A stretch of DNA of 64,000 nt from an uncultured bacterium (lineage in GTDB: Bacteria > Zixibacteria > MSB-5A5 > UBA10806). The translations under genes and the position numbers were made by a program. This document shows, in pieces, positions 19,471 through 29,993 of this stretch. The stretch lies in NCBI GenBank assembly GCA_965541585.1, contig CBEUCH010000016.1, forward strand, positions 1 to 64,000, read 5' to 3'. Position 1 is the first letter of the stretch; each line of letters opens with the position of its first letter. The notes under the pieces were generated by a model, which did not search any database, had not been told where the DNA came from, and saw nothing but the letters and a program-made list of their open reading frames with translations.

Positions 19471-21849
19471 TTATCTGATATTCAAATCGAAGGGCATTCT
19501 CAACAACCACCCGTCGCCTAACCCTTTTCCAATCATGTCGGCCAGATAAGTCTCGATCCTTGGAACCGTCGGCCATCGAAATAATGAAAAACCGTATCGA
19601 GGATATACTTTTATTACCAATTTATCTTCGGGATCGATTCCGGCCTTCAGGCGCGCCAGTTCCACGGCCTCCCAGATGCCTCCATAAGAATCCACCAGCC
19701 CCCGCCTGAGAGCCTGCCGGCCTGTCCAGACTCTCCCCTGACCGATAGCATCGACCGAATCGTAATCCAGTTTTCTCCAGGTGGAGACCTTCGATACAAA
19801 ATCATCGTAGTATTGCCATATTTGTTTCTCGATCAGTTCAATCTCGTCATCGGTAGCAGGCCTGTCGAAAGATCTAATATCAGCGCGTCTGCCCCTCTTT
19901 ATAGTCTCAGAGTTTATACCGATCTTTTCATAGAGCCCCGACAGATCCGGCTTACCTACAACCACTCCAATAGAACCGGTTATGGTGCCGGGGGAGGCCA
20001 CGATCTCATCGCCCGGGCTTGATATATAATACCCGCCGGAAGCCGCCACACCCCCCATGGATATCACCAGAGGTTTTCTGCCCTTCAATAACTCCAGCTC
20101 GCGGTAGATGCGGTCGGAGGCAAAGAGATCCCCGCCGGGCGAATTGACCCTCAAAACAACGGCTCTGATATCGCGATCCGATCGAACGCGCTTTAAGGAT
20201 TCAGACAAGGTAGCTGCTCCCAGCTGCTTCCCATCCAGAAGCCCCCTGCCGCTATGACCCGTCACAATAGAGCCATCGGCGTAAATCATGGCAATCTTCT
20301 TGGGTTCGCTCCAGCGGCCATTATAATCGTCGGTTTTGTAGAATTGTTCGAGATCAACGAGCCGCGAGAAATTATCAGAACCGTCGGTGCCGGTAAATTC
20401 GTCTGAATACTTGAGGCCGTCGACAAGCCCAGCCTCATGCGCATCTTTTGCGGTATACGGGCCGTTATCGATCAGTCTCTTAACCTCCTCAGACAGGATT
20501 TTTCGGCCAGCCGAGATGCCTTCGACCATTTGATCATAGAGATCGTCCAGAAGCCACTCGATCTGCTCCTTAGCATCCGGCGTCAATCCCTGTTCCGTAT
20601 ATTGGTCGCCGTATGTTTTATGAGGTCCCGTTCTCAAAACCTGAGCTTCAATGCCCAGCTTAGCCATAGTCCCGGTATAGAAAATAGCGGTTGCCGAGAG
20701 TCCGTTCAACTCAAGATATCCCGACGGATTCATATAGATCTCATCGGCGGCGCTTGCGAGATAATAGGCGAGATTCCCGCCGCTCTCCAGATAAACAACG
20801 ACATCCTTGCCATTCTCACGATAATCCAAAACAGCGTTTCTCAATTCCTGCGCAGTGGAAAAGCTCATGCGCATACCATCAATTTTCATAAATAGACCGC
20901 TGATGCGCTGATCCGACGATCCTTTACGTAGCGCCGCAATCACCGAGTACAGGGATCTGCCATGAGAACCGAAAAGAGGTCGCTCGGTAGGCTCCTCGAC
21001 AACGTCGCCGCTTAAGGTTATAGTCCCGGTCCTGCCGGATTTTCTGATAACAGAGCCATACCGGACGGAGCTTAGTTCGATAAAATAACTTCCCCCGGCA
21101 AAATCCTGAGAATTATCCTGCCTCCCCTGTGTTCCTATTCTCGTCTGATCGAAATCGAGAGTCAGACCTATACGCCAGGAACCCTCCGTGGCGTAATCGG
21201 CGCTGAAGAAGATGCCCCTGTAGGGGCTTATGGCTGCGCGGAAATTACCTTGCAACTTCTCTACACCCTCGCCCTCCAGCCACCTGAGATCGGACGAGAT
21301 CGTAAATCTCTCTCCGAGGGGACGGACAGCCACCCCCCCCCGATAGAGTCTTTTCTGGATCTTGTCGTCGAACCTGGGCTGATTCAATCTCTCCGCAACC
21401 AGCCCCAGCGAGGCAAACGGACGAGGATGATACATCATACCGAGTTTCCAGTTTTTCATCTTTTTATATCGTTCGTCGGAGCCTCCAAACCAGCTATAGG
21501 TAAATCCCAGATAAAAATTGGGAGCCAGCCTGTCCCCTATTCCCATGGTATATTTCCTTCTGAATACGTTGCTGGTATGATTAAGCCACTCCAGCGCGAA
21601 AAATCCGCGGCGAGAACTGATCAACAAGCCATCGTCGCCCTTATATGATGAATCGGTGAAACTATGGGTATATCGGATGCCCATGGGTCCGTAAAACGCC
21701 AGTCCGGCCGGGTTAAAGATGCCCGCAGTTATCTGACCGGTCGTCGCAACCGACTCGGATTGATATTCCAGCCCATCGATCGGGTCGCCCCTTGCGGCAG
21801 TGCAGACAAAGATGACAAAGGCGAATGACAACGGAATCATTCGTTCCAC
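19471..21849 (-). CDS. sppA: Signal peptide peptidase SppA (S49, 67K type) with N-terminal beta-barrel-like extension
   Basis: YYLASAAD, LRVNSPGG, SMGGVAASGGYYIS, TITGSIGV and GRVWTG motifs; ~270-aa N-terminal region with NPAGLA and amphipathic strands. Confidence 0.9.
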   Translation of the reverse strand: MERMIPLSFAFVIFVCTAARGDPIDGLEYQSESVATTGQITAGIFNPAGLAFYGPMGIRYTHSFTDSSYKGDDGLLISSRRGFFALEWLNHTSNVFRRKYTMGIGDRLAPNFYLGFTYSWFGGSDERYKKMKNWKLGMMYHPRPFASLGLVAERLNQPRFDDKIQKRLYRGGVAVRPLGERFTISSDLRWLEGEGVEKLQGNFRAAISPYRGIFFSADYATEGSWRIGLTLDFDQTRIGTQGRQDNSQDFAGGSYFIELSSVRYGSVIRKSGRTGTITLSGDVVEEPTERPLFGSHGRSLYSVIAALRKGSSDQRISGLFMKIDGMRMSFSTAQELRNAVLDYRENGKDVVVYLESGGNLAYYLASAADEIYMNPSGYLELNGLSATAIFYTGTMAKLGIEAQVLRTGPHKTYGDQYTEQGLTPDAKEQIEWLLDDLYDQMVEGISAGRKILSEEVKRLIDNGPYTAKDAHEAGLVDGLKYSDEFTGTDGSDNFSRLVDLEQFYKTDDYNGRWSEPKKIAMIYADGSIVTGHSGRGLLDGKQLGAATLSESLKRVRSDRDIRAVVLRVNSPGGDLFASDRIYRELELLKGRKPLVISMGGVAASGGYYISSPGDEIVASPGTITGSIGVVVGKPDLSGLYEKIGINSETIKRGRRADIRSFDRPATDDEIELIEKQIWQYYDDFVSKVSTWRKLDYDSVDAIGQGRVWTGRQALRRGLVDSYGGIWEAVELARLKAGIDPEDKLVIKVYPRYGFSLFRWPTVPRIETYLADMIGKGLGDGWLLRMPFDLNIR

Positions 21850-21911
21850 TCAAACTCCTTCTTCAAATTCAGAAAGATAATAGGGCATGCTTAAGGTATG
21901 ATGCAAGTCAA

Positions 21912-23057
21912 TTATTGACCATCAACATTAATACTACCAATGCCGCTAACTTTGACCTCGATTCTCGAATCCCCATCGCCGAGGACTGCCTCCAGGCGGG
22001 TGAGATCGAGGACCGTGGGCTGCAGACTTAGATTCCTGGTGTAAATCCGCCCACCTTCACCTACACCGGCCACCAGAATAGCGGAGATATCCTGAGGAAG
22101 TGAGAGGTCGACACTGTTATAATCATTGGCGATGTAAACCTCACAATTGGAGATTTCCTCAAAACGCGCTACTATTGGCGCATGATTGGTCTCAAACCTC
22201 GAATGACCATGATTTAATGACACTTCGAAAACCTCCACCCGGCCGTAGGAGGTCTCGCAGATCAACTCGCCTTTGACCTTCCGCACTTTAATGGGCGCGT
22301 AACTGGTTCTCAAAACCACCGAACCTTCAGGCGCCTCGATATCTGTGGCGCTTATTTCTGCGTAACTCGTATAAGCCTCAACCGGGCCTTGAATATCCTC
22401 GAGCCTTATCATACCATTGGCGGACCGCAGGAGAGCATACCCCGAGGGTATAATAATATCGCTGGCCGCAATCTTTCCATTCTGCGTTTCGGCTCTGAGG
22501 CTGCCCTTGATCGCATGAAGCTGAATATTGCCGTAGGTGGTGACGATATCAACCGGGCCAAAAATCCTCTCTACGGCGACAGCAGAAAAACCGGATTTCA
22601 TATCAACGCCCTGAAACGGTCCCCCGATATTCAATTGCATGAAATTGGATTCTCCCTCGATGCTCATTTTCTCGGGAAGTTCCACGAAAATCTCCACCCT
22701 GATCTTATGGTCGCTGCCTTCCCAGGGGGCGTGCGAAGGCGATAATATTTTGAAGATCACTCTATCATCTATTACCCGCAGTTTGAAATCGATAAGATCC
22801 AGAAATCGCCTGGACTCCGCCTCGGATGAGGCTCTGGCCCATTTATCGAAGGTGATATTTACATCACCGATCTGGCGTGACAGAATTCGGATTACACCCG
22901 CCAGGTTGGTGCTTCCCCGAATCTCAAATATGGATTGACCGCTGAGTTTCGCCGTCAAATTGCCGGATTCCTTTACAGGATCCCCGGCATTGACCGAAAG
23001 GCCGCCTATCCAGAAGGTTATGGCTGTCAAGAAAGCTATCTTTAAGGCCTTTTTCAT
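21912..23057 (-). CDS. DUF4097-like beta-strand repeat (adhesin-like) exported protein
   Basis: Signal peptide; repeated xTSYGxI / ETQNGKI / SANGMI units. Confidence 0.7.
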   Translation of the reverse strand: MKKALKIAFLTAITFWIGGLSVNAGDPVKESGNLTAKLSGQSIFEIRGSTNLAGVIRILSRQIGDVNITFDKWARASSEAESRRFLDLIDFKLRVIDDRVIFKILSPSHAPWEGSDHKIRVEIFVELPEKMSIEGESNFMQLNIGGPFQGVDMKSGFSAVAVERIFGPVDIVTTYGNIQLHAIKGSLRAETQNGKIAASDIIIPSGYALLRSANGMIRLEDIQGPVEAYTSYAEISATDIEAPEGSVVLRTSYAPIKVRKVKGELICETSYGRVEVFEVSLNHGHSRFETNHAPIVARFEEISNCEVYIANDYNSVDLSLPQDISAILVAGVGEGGRIYTRNLSLQPTVLDLTRLEAVLGDGDSRIEVKVSGIGSINVDGQ

Positions 23058-23108
23058 TCCTGTAATTATCCCTCTTCCATATACGAGATTACCGATTTTT
23101 GGTTTCTG

Positions 23109-24023
23109 CTAAAAGCGTTTAATCTTATCCTCGAAGATTGCCGCCACCATTACCTTACCTACTTTCGCCAGGGATTCCGCGGAACATTTATCCGGAGTAT
23201 CCTCCTGCGTATGCCAGTATGGATAATCAAAATCAATTATGTCAACTGCTTTTATACCGGCGGACAATAACGAAATATGGTCGTCGCTCACGGTATGCTT
23301 GACCGAATCAATAAAAGCATCGGCACCGACATCCCCGGCGATATTCCATATATAATCGTTAAGATCACCGGCGTATTGCTGGGAGATTGCTTCTCTATAA
23401 ATCTGGAGATCGGAATCTCCGACTAAGTCGACCAATATCGCAAGGCGTGGCCTGTATCCCTGAAGCGATTCGACGAAATATCTCGATCCCATAAACCAGC
23501 CCCCTTGCCAGTCGTCCGTCCCATAATCCTCACCATCGAAAAGCACAATATCAACTCCCACCGGCGGCCGATGGTTCTTCAAGAGACGTCCCATTTCGAG
23601 AAGGACAGCGGTCCCGGAGGCGCCATCATTGGCCCCCGACACCGGAATATTGAAATTACTGCTGTCGGGATCTTCATCCGAGATCGGACGGCTATCCCAG
23701 TGAGCACAGAGCATAATTCTTCTCTCGCTCTCGGGATAATAGGATGCAATGATGTTAAACATGTTCCTCTGTAGCCCGGCGACTGAATCATAGACGGTAA
23801 ATCTCTGAATCCTGCAGAGGTCCGTGGTCTCTTTGAGACTGTTATAGAGAAATTCCCCGGCTTTTGCATGAGATTCGGTATTGGCGACCCGAGGGCCGAA
23901 GGAGCATTGCTTCAACAGATCGGAATAAGCTCTCTCACCGTTGAACACCGGGCGTTTATCGCATGACGAGAAAATTACACTCAGCGATAATGCGAAAATA
24001 GCCATCAACAATTTTGACGACAT
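23109..24023 (-). CDS. M28 family peptidase / glutaminyl-cyclase-like lipoprotein
   Basis: Lipobox-like FSSC, AHWDSR, GANDGASG, FDGED, DDH and YWHT..DT motifs. Confidence 0.9.
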   Translation of the reverse strand: MSSKLLMAIFALSLSVIFSSCDKRPVFNGERAYSDLLKQCSFGPRVANTESHAKAGEFLYNSLKETTDLCRIQRFTVYDSVAGLQRNMFNIIASYYPESERRIMLCAHWDSRPISDEDPDSSNFNIPVSGANDGASGTAVLLEMGRLLKNHRPPVGVDIVLFDGEDYGTDDWQGGWFMGSRYFVESLQGYRPRLAILVDLVGDSDLQIYREAISQQYAGDLNDYIWNIAGDVGADAFIDSVKHTVSDDHISLLSAGIKAVDIIDFDYPYWHTQEDTPDKCSAESLAKVGKVMVAAIFEDKIKRF

Positions 24024-27000
24024 CAGAACCTGATCTCCGTCCAGATTCCTAACTCCCTGACATGGTGTTTGCGCTGCTGGATCTTATCATCGGAATCATT
24101 CCAGCGCGCCCTCACTCCGCCGGTGATGGCCCGCGAAAACTGGTAGCTCAATTTTGGTTCAATTGTAATGCTACTCCGATCGGAATCTACCGATTTCCTC
24201 CCGCTGGTGACCGATTCAGATTTCGTATTATTGATAGATACATCGAGAGACAAAGAAAGCTGGCTGTCGAATTTCACTCTTTTCAAGAACGGGAGTTTCA
24301 GTCCTTTGGGCGCCGAAAAACTATACGAGACACCTATTTTGATATTACTATCGGAGCCTTTCACCTCCCTGTCGGACTGACCCTCGCTCCTGAGGTTTTT
24401 TGAATGGCTGCTCGACTTATCATAACGGACGGTGCCTCTGATATTATTTGCGAAGGTGATAGTAAGCCCGAAAATGGGCGAATAGTTTTTCGCCGTATCC
24501 CGTTTATACACCTCGCCGGTGTCTTCCCGACCGTTCTCGTCGACCTTTTTCGAATACCCGAATTGGTAGCTAACCGTTCTGGCTATCGATTTAAACAGGG
24601 CGATATTCTCCAGGCCGGTTAAATTAGCGGTTATATCCGGGAAGGTTATGGTTTTCAGTTTGGTGGGATCGGTCGTGCCCCTGGTGACCTGTGTCCGCAG
24701 GCTGTAAGAGGTTCTTATATCCAGATTGCGAACAGGCTGCAGTCCACTTTCCAATCGATAGGTATCGGTGAGTACCGTATTATCGGTTCTGGCTAATCCA
24801 CTGGCGGCCTTGGTCTCCGCCCGGGGATGGTCCATCAAGCCAAACATATACAACCAGTGGGCTCTCTCTAAAAGCCCCTGTCGGGCCAATTTTTTATCTT
24901 TCTGATATGTGCCCCGAACGGGTTTCACCGACTTGAAAATCCTCAGAATTCCCCCGAGAACCCGTTTGGGAGTAACCCTCCCGGGCTCCGATTCCTCGTC
25001 GTATTCCTCGTCCTCATCCAGAAACTCATCACCGTTGGTATCTTTCTTTTTCTGCCTCTGAGGTTTTGACGATCTTCCGCCTCCCCCCGTGGAAAATAGC
25101 GAGGGAAGATTAAACGTTAGATCCGCCTTCAGTGAGCCCTGCATATCGGTGGTGCGGGTAGAATCGATATTGCGCTTGAGATCCGAGTTCTCGTTGTAAT
25201 TGGATGTGAAGGAAATCTTGTTATCAATTATTCTCAGTATGCGAGGCTGAAAACTAACATCGAACCTCTGCTGAAACCTCTGCTCGACCCCGAGTTTCAG
25301 TTTCGATGGGTTTATGCTAAGCTTGAAACGCCCCGGATCGGTCAGGTCTCGTGAGGCGGAAACGCCATAATTTGACTTCAAACTAGAGAGCAGACCAAGA
25401 CTCAGATTACTTGATAGCGAAAGATCTTTCGTTCGTGATTCCGTTAGAATCCCCCGTTGGTTCAGGTTTGTGGAGTTGTTCCCATTTAACTCGCTGGAGA
25501 AATCAAGTTTGGTCGGCAGATAGAAGAATTCGGAGTTATGCAACGATTTTGGCAAATACAGGTATTTCATCCAGGAAAACGGCCTGAATGATGGCTTCGA
25601 TCTTGGCGTAAGGTCGTATGTTGTTCTACCCTGGTACCTGATCTGCTCGCTCTCCGGCACGGCTGGCGATTTCCCCTGGGTTCTGGAGAAGGTATAATTG
25701 GATTTGATCCGGTTTAATGTCAAATTCCAGATCGGATTCTTGGTATTCCTGTTGAAACCTATGGATACCGTATGGCTTTTCTGCGTGCTTTCAGTTCTTT
25801 CAAATCTCCTGGCGTTACCTTGAAGTATTATATCCGAACCCGGCTGGAGGCGCGGAAGCGAAAGTGAATTCTGCCACGAGTATGAGAACGGCAGGCTCAT
25901 ACCAAGCGATGGCGGGAACAACCGTTCGACTTTCACCCCCAGACGCACTGATCGATTGGTCGTGGTCGCTCCCGACGACTGCTTCGCCGATAACGGGAAG
26001 AAATCGGCGCCGGTCTTCTGGTAAGAGAGGGTAACATCGGTAAAGTCTGCGAAATTAGCGGTCGCCTGCAACCGACCTGCGAAATCCGATTTCCTTCTAA
26101 CATCGGTCACCAGGAGTTCATCGAGCCAGACCTCGCCGGAATACAACTCTGTTTCGGTGGATGCGGTATCTATCTCCACTCCCACTATGAAATACTTCAC
26201 CTGCGCGAGCGACGGGTTACCGTGGATTCTGTAAGGCCCGTCGGTGGTATCGGCCACTGCCAGCGATTCGGGGGGCGTCCGTTTCTGAAGCTCGTATTTG
26301 AGTTCTGTCATGCGGATGAAATCGATATCAACCCAGTTATTCTCCGACCATCCGGGCTCGAGGACGGTGCGGTATTCGTAAAAATTGCTGCCGTCCTGGC
26401 TCATCCGGAAGAAGAATGAAACAAAGCCGTCGACAGACGGATCACCATGGACAAACATCTGAAGGCGCTGGTACAGGGTATAATCCTCGGGCTGATAGAG
26501 ACTCCAGTAAGCAGCCCCCAGGTGGCCGGGGGGCATATTCTGGTAGGATAAGACGAGCGATTGCTCTTTTTCCCTGACACCAGTTTCTCGATCAAGCTCG
26601 CCGGCGATTCCAGGAGGCGGATAGTAATTCAGATTCTCCTGAGTATTTTTTACAGTCACGTCGAATTTTTCCCCGGGTCGCAAATAATCCGTGGAATCCA
26701 TCTCGACCGGCACTTCCTGCCACTTGTTACCGACCAGCAGGAAGGAAGCCATCTGCAGGTGATAAGGCTCAGTTCCCCCGGAGAACCACAGGCGTGCATA
26801 ACTAAGTCTCGTAAAATCTGCGGAGCCCGTGTCGCCCCGAACGCTGTAAACCAGGGAGTCCTGCAACGGTATTCTCAGAAGCTGCCAGCCGGTGGATGTG
26901 GAATCGGCCCAGTACTCCGGATCATCTAAATCGATTATGTATTCGAAATAACCGTCTTGCCGATCTAATGATCCATTGTTATTGATATCCTCGGTGTCGA

Positions 27001-29923
27001 AACGGCCCAATCTGTCGGGATCGTTTCTGTTGTCCTCGGTACCGTTGATCTGAGAATAGTTATAAGGATCGTCGTTGCTGTAATGCCAGTCATCGCCTTG
27101 GGGATCGGGATTCGATACCGGGTCATAATCCGGTTCATTTTCACTGAACAGTCCATCCAGCCCGGTATCTTCATCCGGAAGCAGAACGCCATTCAGATCA
27201 GCATCCTCTAAATCGTATTGCCCGTCATCATCGAGGTCCTCGGAGATCAGACCGAGATTGATATGCAACAGGGGAGCCCCGGACTCGACGCTGATATCGG
27301 GATGATACCAGAACTCGATAAACTTCGTCAAGCTCTGATCGGCCATTCCGGAATAAACCGGTCTCATTATGCCCGCCCAGGAGGAATCCGGATATGCCGC
27401 CGTGCTGTCCGGGAAGAATTGCAGATTCAAGACGTCGTGCTGGTCATCCTGCGACCGCACATCCCGCTCGGGCCAGATTTCTTCTACCCTTACCCGATCA
27501 ATGGGGTTATACCACCACAGATCTGTTCTATAATCCAAATCGAGCTTTTCGCGCGATTCATCCAATGGGAGCGAGCAGGCAGTCCATACTCCCCGCCTGC
27601 TGCTCAAATCCGTATAATTCCTGGTGCCCTCGAAATCATCTATGAACGCCTGATTCTTGGTATTCGGGTTGGGAATGCTTTGCGCCACCTCGCCGGAAAT
27701 ATCCAGAGACGATAAGCCGTCCGCCTCCACAAGCGGGAGAACGTCGACTAAGGTGGTCATGAAATCCGGTTTGAACTTAAAGGAAAAATTGCCATCCCAT
27801 ACAAAAGCTTTCGTCGGTTCCCTTCCGACCCTTGGCCTGGGATCGGATGCGGTTTCAGATCTGTACATGGCGGCGAAGGAAGCGAATGAATTTTCGAACA
27901 GTTGATACCGGCTCGCCAGTCCGAACAGGGTTTTCTTTTCCGGCGAGAAGAATGGGGCGTAGTCGAAATCGACCGTGATGTTGGCTGCCGGATTGGTGGC
28001 CTCCTGTGAAAGAAAAGTTATTTGCCCGATGTCGTAATTGATATTATAATCGAGGCCGCGTCGGAGCACGGTGCCGTCCCCAAGCTTGACCACCTCTGAG
28101 CCCTCTATGACATTGGCCCTACCTAGAGAGTGGCTTGCCGCCCGCTGGGCAGTTTTGACATAGAGATAATACTCCGTCGAGTCCCGGGGGATCGGGTTTC
28201 CAGATGGGTTCTCGTAGATCTCGAGGACCTTTTCCTCTAAAGCCTCACTGGCGAACGGTGTCGGGTGCGGGAACACCAGATGCCCCCTGTGAGCATCAAT
28301 GACAGTGTTATCAAAATCGAACAGGCAATCCGAACCGGGTGCCCCGGTATTGTTATTTCGTTCATCCAGGCCGAGAAGCGTTACGAAACAATCGCCATTC
28401 TGATCCTCATAATCATTTATCAATCCCTGCAGGCCGCCGGCTCCTTTGAAAATCCTTAACTCAAAACCATCGATAGAAATATCCCGCGCTCCAAGATCAT
28501 AGACGTTACGCCACATTCGATCCCAGGAATCGAAGCTCACGACAGGTTGACGGTGTTTCAGTAGAATCAGGACCAGCGTCGTATCCTGTGTTATCGTGGT
28601 GTCGGGACGATAAGATAAATTCCCGATGGTGAGGGTGTCTACCGAGCCGCCATCATACCTTGCATATTTTATATAGGCTGCTAATACGTTTCCATCCCTT
28701 AACCTATTATTCAGAACTACACTCCAGATCTCTTCATAGACCTTGAAATCGTCTAGATCCATCGGTTTAAAGTGAATATATTCATATTCATTCCGCTGTT
28801 GTTGTTCAAGCGTGACATTCGGCAGGCTGTCCATTGGCCAGACACAGGCGAGGCCCTTGGGATCTTCCGTCTGCAACCCGTTGACATACAACTCAACGGA
28901 AATTAACGAATCGTTCGGACCGGGATCCCATAACTTGAAATATGTATTGGACAGATAATCATAATCCCTGATCTGCCGATCCGTCCCCTTGGCCCCGGCG
29001 ACGAAGCTGGCCTTCTCGTTGGAGCCCTTATCCTGGCTGGTGATCATGGTGATATCCAGGTTCCCTATCTTGGCCGTGGCCTTGATACCGAAAAGCCCCT
29101 GGATGTTCTCGGAGTAGCCTATGAACCGCGAATTGGGAAGCGACAACGTGGTGTTACCAGCCTCGACGGTCTGGATGATCTCGTCCTCTTCACCTGTATA
29201 CCGGAGCTTTATAGTGTTGCCCAGTTCGGTAAAGCGTTCCGAATCCTGATCCACTTCTACCGTGATTTTCGATCCGATGGTGCCGGTGACCTTAAAGCGC
29301 GATTTCTGTTCCATGTGGAGGGTGGGAAATTTCGATTGATTGAAGGTGCCGGTATTGACGAGGCCCTCCTCCCATTCCGAGCGGCCGGAGAAAGTAATGG
29401 ATCTCGATCCGGTAACCCTTATATTCGATTTTCCCTCGCCGATGATCCTACCGATGACCTTGGGAGGCTCCCATGGTATATCTATCTGTACGGCACCCTT
29501 CCCGCCGTCATCTTCAGACTTGCCAAGCTCTTTTCGCAATTCGTCTCGCCAGGTGTTTTTCAAGGCCATATCCGCCCGGTAGAGAACATAGTTCGGCAAT
29601 GCGAAGATACGGGTCGACGATAATTCATATTCACCGTAATAATCGCGGAGGGTTACATAATATGATCGGCCGGATGTAAAACTGATTTCCCGGCGGTATT
29701 TTGGATTGTTAAACTCAAAAAGATATGATGGAGCGTCTTTGTTCAGGCATTTCTTGCCGGCCGGGGGGCCTTCGGCTTCCCTGACAATAAAAAGGCTCTT
29801 GATTCTTAGCGGGATGTCGAATTCCCCGATCTCATCCGCAAGCGCCGGGGAGGCGATGAATAAAAGCAAGAGCGCAACGTTTATTTTGCTCGCAAAGGAC
29901 AACACAGATCCTTCAGGCCGCAA
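24023..29923 (-). CDS. sprA: SprA/Sov, type IX secretion system outer-membrane translocon
   Basis: 1966 aa. Contains Y.GEEDEIIQTVEAGN.TLSLP, QGLFGIK, DYNINYDIGQI, AFIDDFEG, NLGLISED, DTEDINNNG, EKEQSL and GEVWLDEL SprA motifs; ends in IRF. Confidence 0.9.
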   Translation of the reverse strand: MRPEGSVLSFASKINVALLLLFIASPALADEIGEFDIPLRIKSLFIVREAEGPPAGKKCLNKDAPSYLFEFNNPKYRREISFTSGRSYYVTLRDYYGEYELSSTRIFALPNYVLYRADMALKNTWRDELRKELGKSEDDGGKGAVQIDIPWEPPKVIGRIIGEGKSNIRVTGSRSITFSGRSEWEEGLVNTGTFNQSKFPTLHMEQKSRFKVTGTIGSKITVEVDQDSERFTELGNTIKLRYTGEEDEIIQTVEAGNTTLSLPNSRFIGYSENIQGLFGIKATAKIGNLDITMITSQDKGSNEKASFVAGAKGTDRQIRDYDYLSNTYFKLWDPGPNDSLISVELYVNGLQTEDPKGLACVWPMDSLPNVTLEQQQRNEYEYIHFKPMDLDDFKVYEEIWSVVLNNRLRDGNVLAAYIKYARYDGGSVDTLTIGNLSYRPDTTITQDTTLVLILLKHRQPVVSFDSWDRMWRNVYDLGARDISIDGFELRIFKGAGGLQGLINDYEDQNGDCFVTLLGLDERNNNTGAPGSDCLFDFDNTVIDAHRGHLVFPHPTPFASEALEEKVLEIYENPSGNPIPRDSTEYYLYVKTAQRAASHSLGRANVIEGSEVVKLGDGTVLRRGLDYNINYDIGQITFLSQEATNPAANITVDFDYAPFFSPEKKTLFGLASRYQLFENSFASFAAMYRSETASDPRPRVGREPTKAFVWDGNFSFKFKPDFMTTLVDVLPLVEADGLSSLDISGEVAQSIPNPNTKNQAFIDDFEGTRNYTDLSSRRGVWTACSLPLDESREKLDLDYRTDLWWYNPIDRVRVEEIWPERDVRSQDDQHDVLNLQFFPDSTAAYPDSSWAGIMRPVYSGMADQSLTKFIEFWYHPDISVESGAPLLHINLGLISEDLDDDGQYDLEDADLNGVLLPDEDTGLDGLFSENEPDYDPVSNPDPQGDDWHYSNDDPYNYSQINGTEDNRNDPDRLGRFDTEDINNNGSLDRQDGYFEYIIDLDDPEYWADSTSTGWQLLRIPLQDSLVYSVRGDTGSADFTRLSYARLWFSGGTEPYHLQMASFLLVGNKWQEVPVEMDSTDYLRPGEKFDVTVKNTQENLNYYPPPGIAGELDRETGVREKEQSLVLSYQNMPPGHLGAAYWSLYQPEDYTLYQRLQMFVHGDPSVDGFVSFFFRMSQDGSNFYEYRTVLEPGWSENNWVDIDFIRMTELKYELQKRTPPESLAVADTTDGPYRIHGNPSLAQVKYFIVGVEIDTASTETELYSGEVWLDELLVTDVRRKSDFAGRLQATANFADFTDVTLSYQKTGADFFPLSAKQSSGATTTNRSVRLGVKVERLFPPSLGMSLPFSYSWQNSLSLPRLQPGSDIILQGNARRFERTESTQKSHTVSIGFNRNTKNPIWNLTLNRIKSNYTFSRTQGKSPAVPESEQIRYQGRTTYDLTPRSKPSFRPFSWMKYLYLPKSLHNSEFFYLPTKLDFSSELNGNNSTNLNQRGILTESRTKDLSLSSNLSLGLLSSLKSNYGVSASRDLTDPGRFKLSINPSKLKLGVEQRFQQRFDVSFQPRILRIIDNKISFTSNYNENSDLKRNIDSTRTTDMQGSLKADLTFNLPSLFSTGGGGRSSKPQRQKKKDTNGDEFLDEDEEYDEESEPGRVTPKRVLGGILRIFKSVKPVRGTYQKDKKLARQGLLERAHWLYMFGLMDHPRAETKAASGLARTDNTVLTDTYRLESGLQPVRNLDIRTSYSLRTQVTRGTTDPTKLKTITFPDITANLTGLENIALFKSIARTVSYQFGYSKKVDENGREDTGEVYKRDTAKNYSPIFGLTITFANNIRGTVRYDKSSSHSKNLRSEGQSDREVKGSDSNIKIGVSYSFSAPKGLKLPFLKRVKFDSQLSLSLDVSINNTKSESVTSGRKSVDSDRSSITIEPKLSYQFSRAITGGVRARWNDSDDKIQQRKHHVRELGIWTEIRF

Positions 29924-29993
29924 CGGGCCATCTCCTAATTAATAATAATCTTTAGCGATATTCCTTTAAGCCTCCTTTGTATCTGGTCTCCAA

